Positions 29,627 through 39,407 of a DNA stretch of 64,000 nucleotides are shown here, piece after piece. Source of the DNA: Bacteroidota bacterium (GTDB taxonomy: Bacteria > Bacteroidota > Bacteroidia > UKL13-3); assembly GCA_046314755.1 (NCBI GenBank), contig JBKDBG010000077.1, positions 2,152 to 66,151 of the forward strand. The letters run 5' to 3'. The first letter of the stretch is position 1. Every line of letters begins with the position of its first letter. A program made the position numbers and the translations under genes. The notes beneath the pieces were generated by a model. That model saw only the letters and a list, made by a program, of their open reading frames with translations, was not told the DNA's origin and ran no database searches.

Positions 29627-30757
29627 TTAAATGGTTTGATACAAATGGAGCAAAATATTTTCCTGCGATTGCCAATTGTAACGTTCTTCGGCCGCTTTAA
29701 CAGCACCTTGTTGGTAGGTATTCAATTGGTTTGATTGGAACATACGCATCAATGCATCAGCAATGGCTTCTGTATTATTTAAATCAACCGCAATGCCATT
29801 TTGATATTGATGAATGATATCGGTGTAAATTTTCGAATCACAACAAATGCTTGGTAATCCAACCGCCATGTATTCAAAAAACTTTCGTTCATGCGAAACC
29901 AATATTTGTTCAGGCTGATCTTTAAGGCAGATACCGGCCTTGCATTTCATTGAAAGTTTATAGCCATCTTGCATGCTTAAGTATCCATAAAAATGAACTT
30001 GGTCTTTTATATCATTCCAACAATACAATTTCGATATGCGCGTTTCCATAAAATTCCCAATATATCCTGCCACATCAAATTCAATCATCAATCCATTTCG
30101 TTTACAAATAGCGAGAGCTTCTAACACCTTATCAAGGTTATAATAATCATCATACAAAGTGCCCATGTAAAACAATCGGTTTGAGGTAAGTTGTTCTCTG
30201 TTTACCTCACGATAAGGAAGCAATGATTCCACATCGGCAAAATTTTGTATAATGGAAAATTGCTTGCTTTTGAACTGCTTTGCAAAGTCTTCTTGTGCAA
30301 TCACCAAAATATGATGCATCGTTAGGGCACTTAAACTTTCCATGGCACGGTACATCCCACCTAATAAATTACGCAGTAATTTTGGAATCCAGGCTTTATT
30401 TGTAATGTCGTGATAAGTGTTTTCGTGCAAATCATAAATCACTTTTTTACCGGTTAAACTTAATAAAAAAGCGAAGGGCAATAGCTCGGCATCGTGTATG
30501 TGATACACATCGGCATTCAAACGAATGGCTTTAAAAAAAACATTCCAAGTGGTAAATAATACTCTTTTGATTCTGCTTGCAGGTTTTGGAATGGCTACCA
30601 CATTTACACCTTGATGTACACCTGTGTTACTGCCAATAGCAATGAGTGTAACTTCATGTTGTTTAGCTAAACTCACACATTCTCTGGCAAACACACGCGT
30701 GTCAGTGGTGGTGTGCACGCTAGCAAAATGACAAACCTTTAGCTTTTTAGGCACCAT
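29627..30757 (-). CDS. Glycosyltransferase family 4 (GT-B, group 1)
   Basis: N-terminus VCHFASVHTTTDTRVFARECVSL and a C-terminal E-x7-E-like region (ERKFFEYMAVGLP). It overlaps the upstream gene by 11 nt. Confidence 0.7.
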   Translation of the reverse strand: MVPKKLKVCHFASVHTTTDTRVFARECVSLAKQHEVTLIAIGSNTGVHQGVNVVAIPKPASRIKRVLFTTWNVFFKAIRLNADVYHIHDAELLPFAFLLSLTGKKVIYDLHENTYHDITNKAWIPKLLRNLLGGMYRAMESLSALTMHHILVIAQEDFAKQFKSKQFSIIQNFADVESLLPYREVNREQLTSNRLFYMGTLYDDYYNLDKVLEALAICKRNGLMIEFDVAGYIGNFMETRISKLYCWNDIKDQVHFYGYLSMQDGYKLSMKCKAGICLKDQPEQILVSHERKFFEYMAVGLPSICCDSKIYTDIIHQYQNGIAVDLNNTEAIADALMRMFQSNQLNTYQQGAVKAAEERYNWQSQENILLHLYQTI

Positions 30758-31889
30758 GCTGAACCAAATTTAAAAGTTCATTGCACACATTTTCCCAAGT
30801 AAATCTCAACTTTTCCTGTTCCATGTTACTGCTAAAGATGGCCTCCTTTTGTTGTGAATAATACGTTACAATGGCATCAGCAATTTGTTGTGCATTTACC
30901 TCACAAACCAATCCTACTTTGTTATGCGGAATTAATTCGGCCAATCCTCCTACATTGGTTACAATCATGGGTTTGTTGTAGTAGTAGGCAATTTGTGTAA
31001 CTCCGCTTTGCGTTGCATTCAAGTAGGGTTGAACCACCACATCACTTGCACAAAAATATTTACTCACCTCACTGTTTGGAATAAAATCATCACAAACAAT
31101 TACAGAATCGGTTAATTGATTGGCTTGAATATAATTGAGGTAAGGTGTTTTATCTTCATAAAATTCACCTGCCACAATCAACTTTACACCAAGTGCTCGA
31201 ACTTGCGGTGTGGCCATTGCTTCGAGCAAAATATTTAATCCTTTGTATTGGCGGATAAATCCAAAAAAAAGCAAATAAGGCTGTTTCGTATCGAGTTGTA
31301 GTGCTTGTTTGGCGCTAGTTTTATCAATGGCTTCGCCAAACATATCGTACATTGGGTGAGGCACGTAGGTAGTTGGCTTAATGTACCCTAATTCTACTAA
31401 TTGTTGTTTTACCGATTCACTCATGGTTAAAAAGCCATCGCAAACAGGTAAAAAATAATTGGTAAATGCAGTATCAAAAAACTTTTTTTCGTGTGGAATA
31501 ACGTTATCGGTTATGGCCAGAATTTTGGTTTTGGTATTTGATTTTAAAATACGTGCAATGGTTCCAAATGCAGGTGCCATAAAACTCATCCAATAACGGA
31601 AAACCACTACATCATAGTTTCTGCGTTTAAATTCATTTCCAACTCTTATCCAATTAATTGGATTGATGGAATTAATTTTACTGTGAATGCTTATCCCGCT
31701 CGGAGCTGTATCGGAGCTGTATTGTGTTTTACCCGGGAATAACAAAGAAGGATATTGCAGCGAGAAACTTAATATTTCGCAAGTATGACCTTGTTTGTTA
31801 AATGCATCGGCCAATCGCTCATTATAAGTTGCTAACCCTCCGCGTAAAGGCCATGCCGGGCCAACAATAAGTATTTTTTTCTTATTCAA
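30747..31889 (-). CDS. Glycosyltransferase family 4 (GT-B, group 1)
   Basis: ILIVGPAWPLRGGLATYNERLA at the N-terminus, and QSGVTQIAYYYNKPMIVTNVGGLAE in the C-terminal donor-binding region. Confidence 0.7.
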   Translation of the reverse strand: MNKKKILIVGPAWPLRGGLATYNERLADAFNKQGHTCEILSFSLQYPSLLFPGKTQYSSDTAPSGISIHSKINSINPINWIRVGNEFKRRNYDVVVFRYWMSFMAPAFGTIARILKSNTKTKILAITDNVIPHEKKFFDTAFTNYFLPVCDGFLTMSESVKQQLVELGYIKPTTYVPHPMYDMFGEAIDKTSAKQALQLDTKQPYLLFFGFIRQYKGLNILLEAMATPQVRALGVKLIVAGEFYEDKTPYLNYIQANQLTDSVIVCDDFIPNSEVSKYFCASDVVVQPYLNATQSGVTQIAYYYNKPMIVTNVGGLAELIPHNKVGLVCEVNAQQIADAIVTYYSQQKEAIFSSNMEQEKLRFTWENVCNELLNLVQHGA

Positions 31890-32850
31890 TTCCTGCAGTT
31901 TGTTTTATCCCGTAAACGTTGCGTTCACTTGCATTGCGTGAAATCATTTCACCGATAAATCCCGCTAAAAATAACTGTACACCAATAATAAGCAGCACTA
32001 AGGCCAAGTAAAACAACGGTTGTTCGGTTACACCCCTTTGCTCAATCATTCGAAATGAGTTGCTTATTTTTTCTCCAATCAGCCAACAGGTAATTACAAA
32101 GCCTGTAAAAAAGCTAAGCGTGCCCAACACACCGAAAAAGTGCATGGGTTTTTTACTGAATTTACTTACAAAAAATATGGTGAGCAAATCAAGAAAACCG
32201 TTGATAAATCTTTCTAAACCAAACTTGGTGGTGCCGTATTTTCGTGCCCGGTGTTGTACCTCTTTTTCGGTAATTTTACTAAATCCTGCCCACTTGGCAA
32301 TAACCGGAATGTAGCGGTGCATTTCATTATATACCTCAATGTTTTTTACCACTTCATGGTGGTAACTTTTGAGTCCGCAATTAAAATCATGCAGGTTGTC
32401 AATGCCGCTCATTTTGCGGGTAGCCCAGTTAAATAGTTTGGTGGGAATGGTTTTGGTTATGGGGTCATATCTTTTTCTTTTCCAGCCGCTCACAATATCA
32501 TATCCGTCACGCACAATCATGTTGTACAATTCAGGAATTTCATCCGGTGAATCTTGTAAATCGGCATCCATGGTAATGATTACATTACCTATGGCTTTAT
32601 GAAAACCAACGTTTAACGCAGCACTTTTTCCGTAATTTCTTCTAAAGCGAATGCCTTTAATGTGGTTGTTTTGTTGATGCAATTGTTCAATTACATTCCA
32701 CGAGTTGTCTTTACTGCCATCATCAATCAGCAATACTTCGTACGTGTAATTGTGCTCATTCATCACACGCTCAATCCAGTTTATTAACTCCGGGAGCGAC
32801 TCTTCTTCATTGTATAAAGGGATTACAACAGATATGTTGGTTTGTTGCAT
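31882..32850 (-). CDS. Glycosyltransferase family 2, polyprenyl-phosphate glycosyltransferase type (GtrB/ArnC/DPM1-like)
   Basis: ISVVIPLYNEEESL, LLIDDGSKD and ITMDADLQD motifs, plus two C-terminal TM helices. Confidence 0.8.
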   Translation of the reverse strand: MQQTNISVVIPLYNEEESLPELINWIERVMNEHNYTYEVLLIDDGSKDNSWNVIEQLHQQNNHIKGIRFRRNYGKSAALNVGFHKAIGNVIITMDADLQDSPDEIPELYNMIVRDGYDIVSGWKRKRYDPITKTIPTKLFNWATRKMSGIDNLHDFNCGLKSYHHEVVKNIEVYNEMHRYIPVIAKWAGFSKITEKEVQHRARKYGTTKFGLERFINGFLDLLTIFFVSKFSKKPMHFFGVLGTLSFFTGFVITCWLIGEKISNSFRMIEQRGVTEQPLFYLALVLLIIGVQLFLAGFIGEMISRNASERNVYGIKQTAGIE

Positions 32851-32853
32851 TGG

Positions 32854-33402
32854 TTAATCGATGTTTTGAAGTTCTTTTTTTACAAATATAGCCGCAATCA
32901 AAGCATAAATTACACTAAAAAATAATTGTGCAATCATACCAATAGGTACTGCAATAAAAGGCTTGTTCATTTTTTGCATCATTTGCATGGATAGTTCAAT
33001 CTGTTCTTCACTCATTCCTTTTTGGTACATGGCTTCTGATTGAGCTTCCATAATTTTATTCATCATTTCAGGGTTGATGTAATTAGAAAAGATGAAGCTG
33101 TATAAGCTTACAATGAAGGTTGCAGGCAAAGCCACCAACAGCATAAAGCCAAATGCTTTTCCGTATGACATGTAACCGTCAAAATCAACATCACGCCTTT
33201 GTTTAGCCGCTAAATACAACACATAAATGCCAATTGCTGCACCTAGTATCATGCGTAACAAGCCGATTAACGAAAATTTTGTTAAGTCGGCATTAGGATT
33301 TACTAAGTAAAGTGCCAAATCAACCAAAATTAATGCAAAAGATAAAATAAGGCCGTATTTAAGGGCTATGGGCCAAGGTGATTTTTCCTGTGTGATATCC
33401 AT
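32854..33402 (-). CDS. DUF4199 family membrane protein
   Basis: 182 aa multi-TM protein with the same architecture as 1413-1889. It is the first gene of the GT operon. Confidence 0.6.
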   Translation of the reverse strand: MDITQEKSPWPIALKYGLILSFALILVDLALYLVNPNADLTKFSLIGLLRMILGAAIGIYVLYLAAKQRRDVDFDGYMSYGKAFGFMLLVALPATFIVSLYSFIFSNYINPEMMNKIMEAQSEAMYQKGMSEEQIELSMQMMQKMNKPFIAVPIGMIAQLFFSVIYALIAAIFVKKELQNID

Positions 33403-33487
33403 ATTACTTTAATTTACTCCAAATAAAGCAAAATTTAGAGAATCAAACGTTACCGAACATCAAAATAATATTAGCTTCGCACTTGGT

Positions 33488-34288
33488 ATGGGTGAATTAA
33501 GAAAATTTACAGACCAAATGGGGCGCAGTATTGAGGTGGATTTTCCGCCTCAACGTATTATTTCATTGGTGCCTTCACAAACTGAGTTTTTATATGATTT
33601 AGGTTTAGGTAATCGGGTTATTGCACAAACTTTATTTTGTATTCACCCAAAAGAAATGCATCAATCCAAACCAAGAATAGGAGGGACCAAAAATATAAAA
33701 GTGCACGTTGTTCAGCAGTTGAATCCCGATTTAATTATTGGTAACAAAGAAGAAAACAACAAAGCAGATGTACTCTTATTAGAGAAAGATTATCCGGTTT
33801 GGATGAGTGATATTGTTGATTTGGATGAGGCTTGTGCGATGATGATTGCCATTGGAAAGTTGGTGCATGAAGAGGCTAAAGCCATGGCCATTGTTGATCG
33901 AATAAAAATCGATTTCAGCACGTTAACTCCTATTGCCCCATCATCATTAAATTGTTTATATCTAATTTGGAGAGCACCTTATATGGCTGCGGGCAAACAT
34001 ACCTTTATTGATGATATGTTGAAACGTTTAGGCTTAAACAATGTGGCTTATACCTTAAATGGAAGATATCCGGAAGTAGATTTTAATAAACTAGCCACCA
34101 AGCCTGATGTTATATTTTTATCCAGCGAACCTTATCCGTTTAAACAAAAACACATCGAAGAATTATCTGATATTTTTCCTCATGCCAAAATCATGCTGGT
34201 GGATGGGGAGTTATTCAGTTGGTATGGCAGTCGGTTGCTGCATTCTGTGCAATATTTTAAAGAATTACTGCATACAATTCAATCCTAA
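33488..34288 (+). CDS. Periplasmic-binding-protein fold, cobalamin/metal-chelate binding-like protein (BtuF/TroA-like); no signal peptide seen
   Basis: PQRIISLVPSQTEFLYDLGLGNRVIA...LNPDLIIGNKEEN...PDVIFLSSEPYPF is the pattern of class III SBP (helical backbone) proteins. Confidence 0.6.
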   Translation: MGELRKFTDQMGRSIEVDFPPQRIISLVPSQTEFLYDLGLGNRVIAQTLFCIHPKEMHQSKPRIGGTKNIKVHVVQQLNPDLIIGNKEENNKADVLLLEKDYPVWMSDIVDLDEACAMMIAIGKLVHEEAKAMAIVDRIKIDFSTLTPIAPSSLNCLYLIWRAPYMAAGKHTFIDDMLKRLGLNNVAYTLNGRYPEVDFNKLATKPDVIFLSSEPYPFKQKHIEELSDIFPHAKIMLVDGELFSWYGSRLLHSVQYFKELLHTIQS

Positions 34289-34307
34289 GTCTTAACCTTG
34301 CAAGTAC

Positions 34308-35207
34308 ATGAGCAGTTCGTTTAAAGCATGGCTTGCCTTTGCAGGTGTTGCATTTTTTTGGGGTACCACTTTTTTAGCCATTCGTATTGGTGTGAAAAGT
34401 ATGCCTCCTTTTTTAATGGCAGGAACCAGGCACTTAACAGCCGGTTTGTGTATTGGTACTTATTTTTTGTTAAGGGGTTATAAACTGCCTAATTGGAATG
34501 TTATTAAAGTGTATGTGGTAAACGGCATACTCATGTTGGTGATTGGAAATGGCTTGGTTACTTGGGCCGAAATGTACATTAGCAGCGGACTCGCAGCTTT
34601 AATTTGTGCACTTACGCCATTGAGTATTATTATGATGAACAGTTTGTTTGGGCAACACAAAGAGCCATTAAAACTTGGTGCCATTATCGGTGTGGTGTTG
34701 TGTTTAGTTGCGCAAGTAATTATTTTCAGAGATAATCTTTCAGAATTAACCAATCCGAATTATTTACTTGGCATTGGTGCAATATTAATTGCCATAACAG
34801 GTTGGGGGTTAGGAAGTATTTACAATAAAAATAAACATACCGGTTTGTCTCCATTGTATGGAGCCTCATTACAAATGGTTTCAGCAGGAATTATATTGTT
34901 GTTGATTGGGACTTTATTGGGTGAGTGGCCAAGTTATAAACCTACTACCGAAGGCATTTATTCCATGATGTATTTAATATTTTTCGGAAGTTTGATTGGC
35001 TATGGCAGCTACATGTATGTTTTAAAACAATTGCCGGCCACTATTGTAAGTACCTACGCATACATTAACACTATTGTTGCTGTAATTTTAGGCTGGTTAT
35101 GGCTTGACGAAAAACTAAATTTAGCGATTGCATTGGCCGTTTTATTCACCGTATTAGGTGTTTGGTTGGTGAACCAAAATTTTCAGAAACAAAAAATAAA
35201 AAACTAA
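34308..35207 (+). CDS. EamA/DMT superfamily transporter
   Basis: About 10 TM segments in two EamA-like halves. 299 aa. Confidence 0.75.
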   Translation: MSSSFKAWLAFAGVAFFWGTTFLAIRIGVKSMPPFLMAGTRHLTAGLCIGTYFLLRGYKLPNWNVIKVYVVNGILMLVIGNGLVTWAEMYISSGLAALICALTPLSIIMMNSLFGQHKEPLKLGAIIGVVLCLVAQVIIFRDNLSELTNPNYLLGIGAILIAITGWGLGSIYNKNKHTGLSPLYGASLQMVSAGIILLLIGTLLGEWPSYKPTTEGIYSMMYLIFFGSLIGYGSYMYVLKQLPATIVSTYAYINTIVAVILGWLWLDEKLNLAIALAVLFTVLGVWLVNQNFQKQKIKN

Positions 35208-35762
35208 TTACATCCTCGGTTTCCATGGTATTTCGCTGGCACCGGCTTCATATACTACAAATCGAGCCAAGGTAAAAAGGTAATCACTTAAGCGGTTTAA
35301 ATAACGGATGATTACATCCGGTACTTCCGTTTCGCTTGATAAATGAACCACCAAACGTTCAGCTCTGCGACAAACGCATCGTGCAACATGACAATGAGAG
35401 GCCAATACGGTTCCACCGGGTAAAATAAAACTTTTTAACTGCGGAAGTTGATCGTCCATTTTATCAATTTGTGATTCCAAAAATTCAATATCACTTTCAT
35501 GCACATCCGGAATTTTCATTTTTGATTTTTCTGGATCGCTTGCCAATACAGAACCTATGGTGAATAAACGATCTTGTATTTCATACAACACCTTATTCAT
35601 TTCGGCACTTTGATAAGTGTCAGCAATTAAACCAATATAGCTGTTCAGTTCATCAACTGTTCCATAACTTTCAATACGCAAATGGTGTTTAGGCACACGC
35701 ACTCCGCCAATTAATGAAGTTTCTCCTTTGTCGCCTGTTTTGGTATATATTCTAAATGTCAT
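35208..35762 (-). CDS. PduO-type ATP:cob(I)alamin adenosyltransferase
   Basis: IYTKTGDKGETSL...SYGTVDELNSYIG...RAERLVV is the hallmark of the PduO/MMAB family. Confidence 0.85.
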   Translation of the reverse strand: MTFRIYTKTGDKGETSLIGGVRVPKHHLRIESYGTVDELNSYIGLIADTYQSAEMNKVLYEIQDRLFTIGSVLASDPEKSKMKIPDVHESDIEFLESQIDKMDDQLPQLKSFILPGGTVLASHCHVARCVCRRAERLVVHLSSETEVPDVIIRYLNRLSDYLFTLARFVVYEAGASEIPWKPRM

Positions 35763-36859
35763 TTTGTGTTGAGTTGTTGTTGTAAATTTTTCCTGAAAGT
35801 TTCATCGGTAAAACATTTCTTTTCAAACTCATTTAAACTGGCTTGTAATTTAATGTTTTCCAATGGCGACAGGTTATTAAAAAATACAGCTAATGCGCCT
35901 GAATTGTTTTGATTGTCGGTAAAATAAGCTGCTTGTGTTAATATAAAAGCGGTTGAACCGCCTTTGCTTCCGTAGCGTTTAAGCAATTGGGGTGACTCAG
36001 TTGATAATTCATGTTGTTCCATAATTACGCGCAACAAGGAATCCATTTTCGGCTGATTAAATCCTTTTTGTATACGCAACATCATTTGCGCATACTCCTT
36101 TGGCGAACCACCCGGCAAACGATTCGACCAAATGCGTTGTGCTTTCAAGTCAATATCATGGTAGTTTAATTCTTGTTTTAACCTAGGGTTGTTTTTTAAC
36201 TGCAAATGTGCATCCGCACATTGGTTCCTGTATTCTTCAGCACTCAACTGATCAATTCTTGCGATAAAATCTTTGTATTCTTCATTCGACTTTTTTTGAT
36301 ACAAGGTAAGTGCACCAACAAAATCATATAAAGGAGAATGTGTAGTAAAATCAAGCAATGAATCTGCCGTTTGCTGAATGTGGTTGATGCCTAATACATC
36401 CAATAAAAATGCACTGTTGGCATTTGAACTGTAAGCAATCATTCCTTTGGCAATTTCCATTAAACTGATTTTACCTTTGTTGGCGGTTAGTTGATTATTA
36501 ATGCTGCTTAACCAAGCATCATGAGCACCTCCATCAGTTTCGGGTAAGTAGTATTTATTCAATTCAGCAGTATCAATTAATGCGTTTTCATCTATTCGCT
36601 TTAGAAATGCTTGGTGGGCAAATTCCGCAGCTATTAAGGTTTTTACGGCACTTGCCGTTGGCATCACTGTGTCTGCATTTTGAGCAGCAATTGCCTCGTT
36701 ATTGATGATTAAATAAATGGCCGATTTATTTTTATGTTTAATTAGAAAATCGACAATTCGGTTGGCATCAGGTTTCACATAAAAGTAAGCCCAAATAAAG
36801 CTTCCAATGGCCAATACAACCAAAGGTAAAACCACCCAAAGCAATATCTTACGAAGCAT
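35759..36859 (-). CDS. Membrane-anchored serine hydrolase, class A beta-lactamase-like fold
   Basis: N-terminal TM helix, S-x-x-K (TASAVKT), an SxN-like YSSNANS, and a KGG triad-like GSKGGST. Confidence 0.55.
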   Translation of the reverse strand: MLRKILLWVVLPLVVLAIGSFIWAYFYVKPDANRIVDFLIKHKNKSAIYLIINNEAIAAQNADTVMPTASAVKTLIAAEFAHQAFLKRIDENALIDTAELNKYYLPETDGGAHDAWLSSINNQLTANKGKISLMEIAKGMIAYSSNANSAFLLDVLGINHIQQTADSLLDFTTHSPLYDFVGALTLYQKKSNEEYKDFIARIDQLSAEEYRNQCADAHLQLKNNPRLKQELNYHDIDLKAQRIWSNRLPGGSPKEYAQMMLRIQKGFNQPKMDSLLRVIMEQHELSTESPQLLKRYGSKGGSTAFILTQAAYFTDNQNNSGALAVFFNNLSPLENIKLQASLNEFEKKCFTDETFRKNLQQQLNTK

Positions 36860-36861
36860 AA

Positions 36862-38049
36862 TTAATAAAAATATTTAGGAATTTGTTTATTGATAAGAGG
36901 TACATTCCCCAAGCGGATTAACCCATTTATTAGCCAAACCCGATCACTTAAAATACGTTGCAGGTAATAATGGTTTTTGAAATTACTCCACATTTTGCGA
37001 TACACTCGCTCATCATATTGCTTTAAATATTCGGCTGCAAAATTGTTGTTTTCAAAACATTTAATGGCTTGTTCAGCGGCAAACTTTCCACTTTCCATGG
37101 CCGTTTCAATTCCTTCTCCACTAAACGGATCAATCAATGAAGCTGCATCACCGCATAACATAAAACCATTACCGGATAGCTTATGTTTTTTTGAGCCCAA
37201 TGGCAACCCAAATCCTTTAATATCTTCGAGCGGTTCAGCATCTTTAAACCTTTCGGCAATTTCCGGTATGCTCTGTATAATAGCGGATAAACTTTTCTTT
37301 AAATCAATTTTTTGTTTAGAAATGGTATCGCTTAACATCCCAAATCCAACATTCGCTTCGTTATTGCTTAATGGAAAAATCCAAAAATAGCCCGGCAAAA
37401 ATCCTTTTAAAAAATACACCTCCAATGCATTTCCTTCCAATCCTTTTACGTTGCGGTAATATTGGCGCACTGCACCTGAATAATGTTTTTTATCCACTTG
37501 AATTTGACCCAATTTTTTAGCGGCAACGGAGTGTGCCCCATCGCAAGCAATCAATAGTTTTGATTGGAGGGTTTCCCCATTATCTAAAGTGACCAAATTA
37601 ACACCGTCTTGCTGCTGCACTTGTTTTACGGCATTACCAAGTTTAACGCTGAGGGTAGGGTGTTGCCCTGTTGCTTTTTCAAACAACCAATTATCGAAAT
37701 CCAGTCTTCTGATGCAATGCCCCACTTTACTAAATGCAATTTCTAATGATTGAAATTTAGGGCTGTATAGTTTTGCTTTTGTGATGGATGTTTTTGGTGC
37801 AAAATCCAATAAATCGGTTTCCAATTCTGGGTTAATTTGTCGGAGTATTCTTTTAGCAATTGAACTTACCGCATCCCCACATATTTTATCTCTGGGGAAA
37901 GTGGATTTATCTATTAACGCAACTTTTAATCCTGATTGTTTTAAGGTGAGTGCGCAGGTTGAACCTGCCGGTCCAGCTCCCGTAATTATTACATCAAATG
38001 TCCAAGTTTCAGTTGTCAAAACACAAAAGATAATCGCAATAATAAGCAA
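36862..38049 (-). CDS. Geranylgeranyl-reductase-family FAD-dependent oxidoreductase
   Basis: FDVIITGAGPAGSTCAL dinucleotide-binding motif, and LCGDAASLIDPFSGEGI as the second FAD motif. The track start is TTG and the true start is uncertain. Confidence 0.75.
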   Translation of the reverse strand: MLIIAIIFCVLTTETWTFDVIITGAGPAGSTCALTLKQSGLKVALIDKSTFPRDKICGDAVSSIAKRILRQINPELETDLLDFAPKTSITKAKLYSPKFQSLEIAFSKVGHCIRRLDFDNWLFEKATGQHPTLSVKLGNAVKQVQQQDGVNLVTLDNGETLQSKLLIACDGAHSVAAKKLGQIQVDKKHYSGAVRQYYRNVKGLEGNALEVYFLKGFLPGYFWIFPLSNNEANVGFGMLSDTISKQKIDLKKSLSAIIQSIPEIAERFKDAEPLEDIKGFGLPLGSKKHKLSGNGFMLCGDAASLIDPFSGEGIETAMESGKFAAEQAIKCFENNNFAAEYLKQYDERVYRKMWSNFKNHYYLQRILSDRVWLINGLIRLGNVPLINKQIPKYFY

Positions 38050-38085
38050 TCATCATTAAACCTTTAGAGAGAAAATCCATCTGTT

Positions 38086-39399
38086 ATGCTAAAATTGTAT
38101 ATGATTCGGATTATTATTTTCTGCTTTACACTTATTGTTTCATACTCGGGTGTTGCTCAATTGTATTTTCCTCCTTTGAATAATAATTCATGGGAAACCG
38201 TTTCTCCGGATTCCTTAGGATGGTGTACTTCCCGTCAAGACAGTTTGTTTAAACTGCTCGAAGTCAACAATACCAAAGGATTTATTATTTTAAAAGACGG
38301 TAAAATAGCTGTAGAAAAATACTTCGGAACTTTTTCTCAAGATTCTTTGTGGTATTGGGCATCTGCGGGTAAAACAGTAACTGCTTTTTTAATTGGTGTG
38401 GCTCAACAAAATAATTTACTCAACATTGCCGATTCAACAAGTAAATATTTAGGAACCGGTTGGACCTCAGCCCCAGCTGAAAAAGAAAGATTGATTACCA
38501 TACGCAATCAATTAACCATGACTACGGGTTTGGATTATAATGTACCGGATGATAATTGCACCACGCCTGCATGTTTAAAATACCGAAATGATGCCGGAAC
38601 GCAATGGTACTATCACAACGCAACGTATTTGTTGCTGCAAGATGTGATTGAGTCGGCATCGGGACGAACTTTACAGCAGTTTACCAATCAACAATTAAAC
38701 TTAAAAACTGGCATTAACGGAGGTTGGTTTAATGGAACCTTTTATTCCAGACCACGTGGAATGGCTCGTTTTGGATTGCTCATGTTAAATAAAGGCATAT
38801 GGAACACCGATACATTATTGTTTGATACGGCTTATTACCGACAAATGATCACGCCTTCACAAAGTTTAAATGAATCATACGGTTATTTGTGGTGGCTGAA
38901 TGGTTACAATAGTTACAAACTACCTGGCACTACATTTACCTTTCCCGGAATGTTGTGTAAACCAGCACCACCTGATTTGTTCTCCGGCTTAGGTAAAAAC
39001 GACCAAAAATTATACATCTGGCCTTCTGAGCGCATCGTAATTGTTAGAATGGGTGAATCGGCTTCTGATGGATCTTTAGTTCCTGTTGTTTTTGATACTT
39101 TGTTATGGCGAGAATTAAGGCAGTTTATCTGTTCACCCCAAACAGGACTCCCAAATGAAACAGCCTATTCAACCAAACGTATAAACATTTACCCTAATCC
39201 TGTGCAATCACAACTCACCATTGAGGCATTTACGGATGGTTATTATACCATTACAGACGCTAAGGGAAGTACAATCAAAGCAGGAGAAGTAAAGGGAGGA
39301 ACCTCTCATATCGATTTAGAAAAAGAAAAACCCGGAATGTATTGTATTACCTTTAGATACAGCTCCGGGATTTCAGTTAAAAAGTTTATAAAGTTGTGA
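38086..39399 (+). CDS. Serine hydrolase (beta-lactamase class C / PBP-like family) with T9SS C-terminal sorting domain
   Basis: Signal peptide, S-x-x-K (WASAGKT) and YHNATY. CTD: INIYPNPVQSQLTIE...GMYCITFRYSSGISVKKFIKL. Confidence 0.7.
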   Translation: MLKLYMIRIIIFCFTLIVSYSGVAQLYFPPLNNNSWETVSPDSLGWCTSRQDSLFKLLEVNNTKGFIILKDGKIAVEKYFGTFSQDSLWYWASAGKTVTAFLIGVAQQNNLLNIADSTSKYLGTGWTSAPAEKERLITIRNQLTMTTGLDYNVPDDNCTTPACLKYRNDAGTQWYYHNATYLLLQDVIESASGRTLQQFTNQQLNLKTGINGGWFNGTFYSRPRGMARFGLLMLNKGIWNTDTLLFDTAYYRQMITPSQSLNESYGYLWWLNGYNSYKLPGTTFTFPGMLCKPAPPDLFSGLGKNDQKLYIWPSERIVIVRMGESASDGSLVPVVFDTLLWRELRQFICSPQTGLPNETAYSTKRINIYPNPVQSQLTIEAFTDGYYTITDAKGSTIKAGEVKGGTSHIDLEKEKPGMYCITFRYSSGISVKKFIKL

Positions 39400-39407
39400 G
39401 TTATTAA

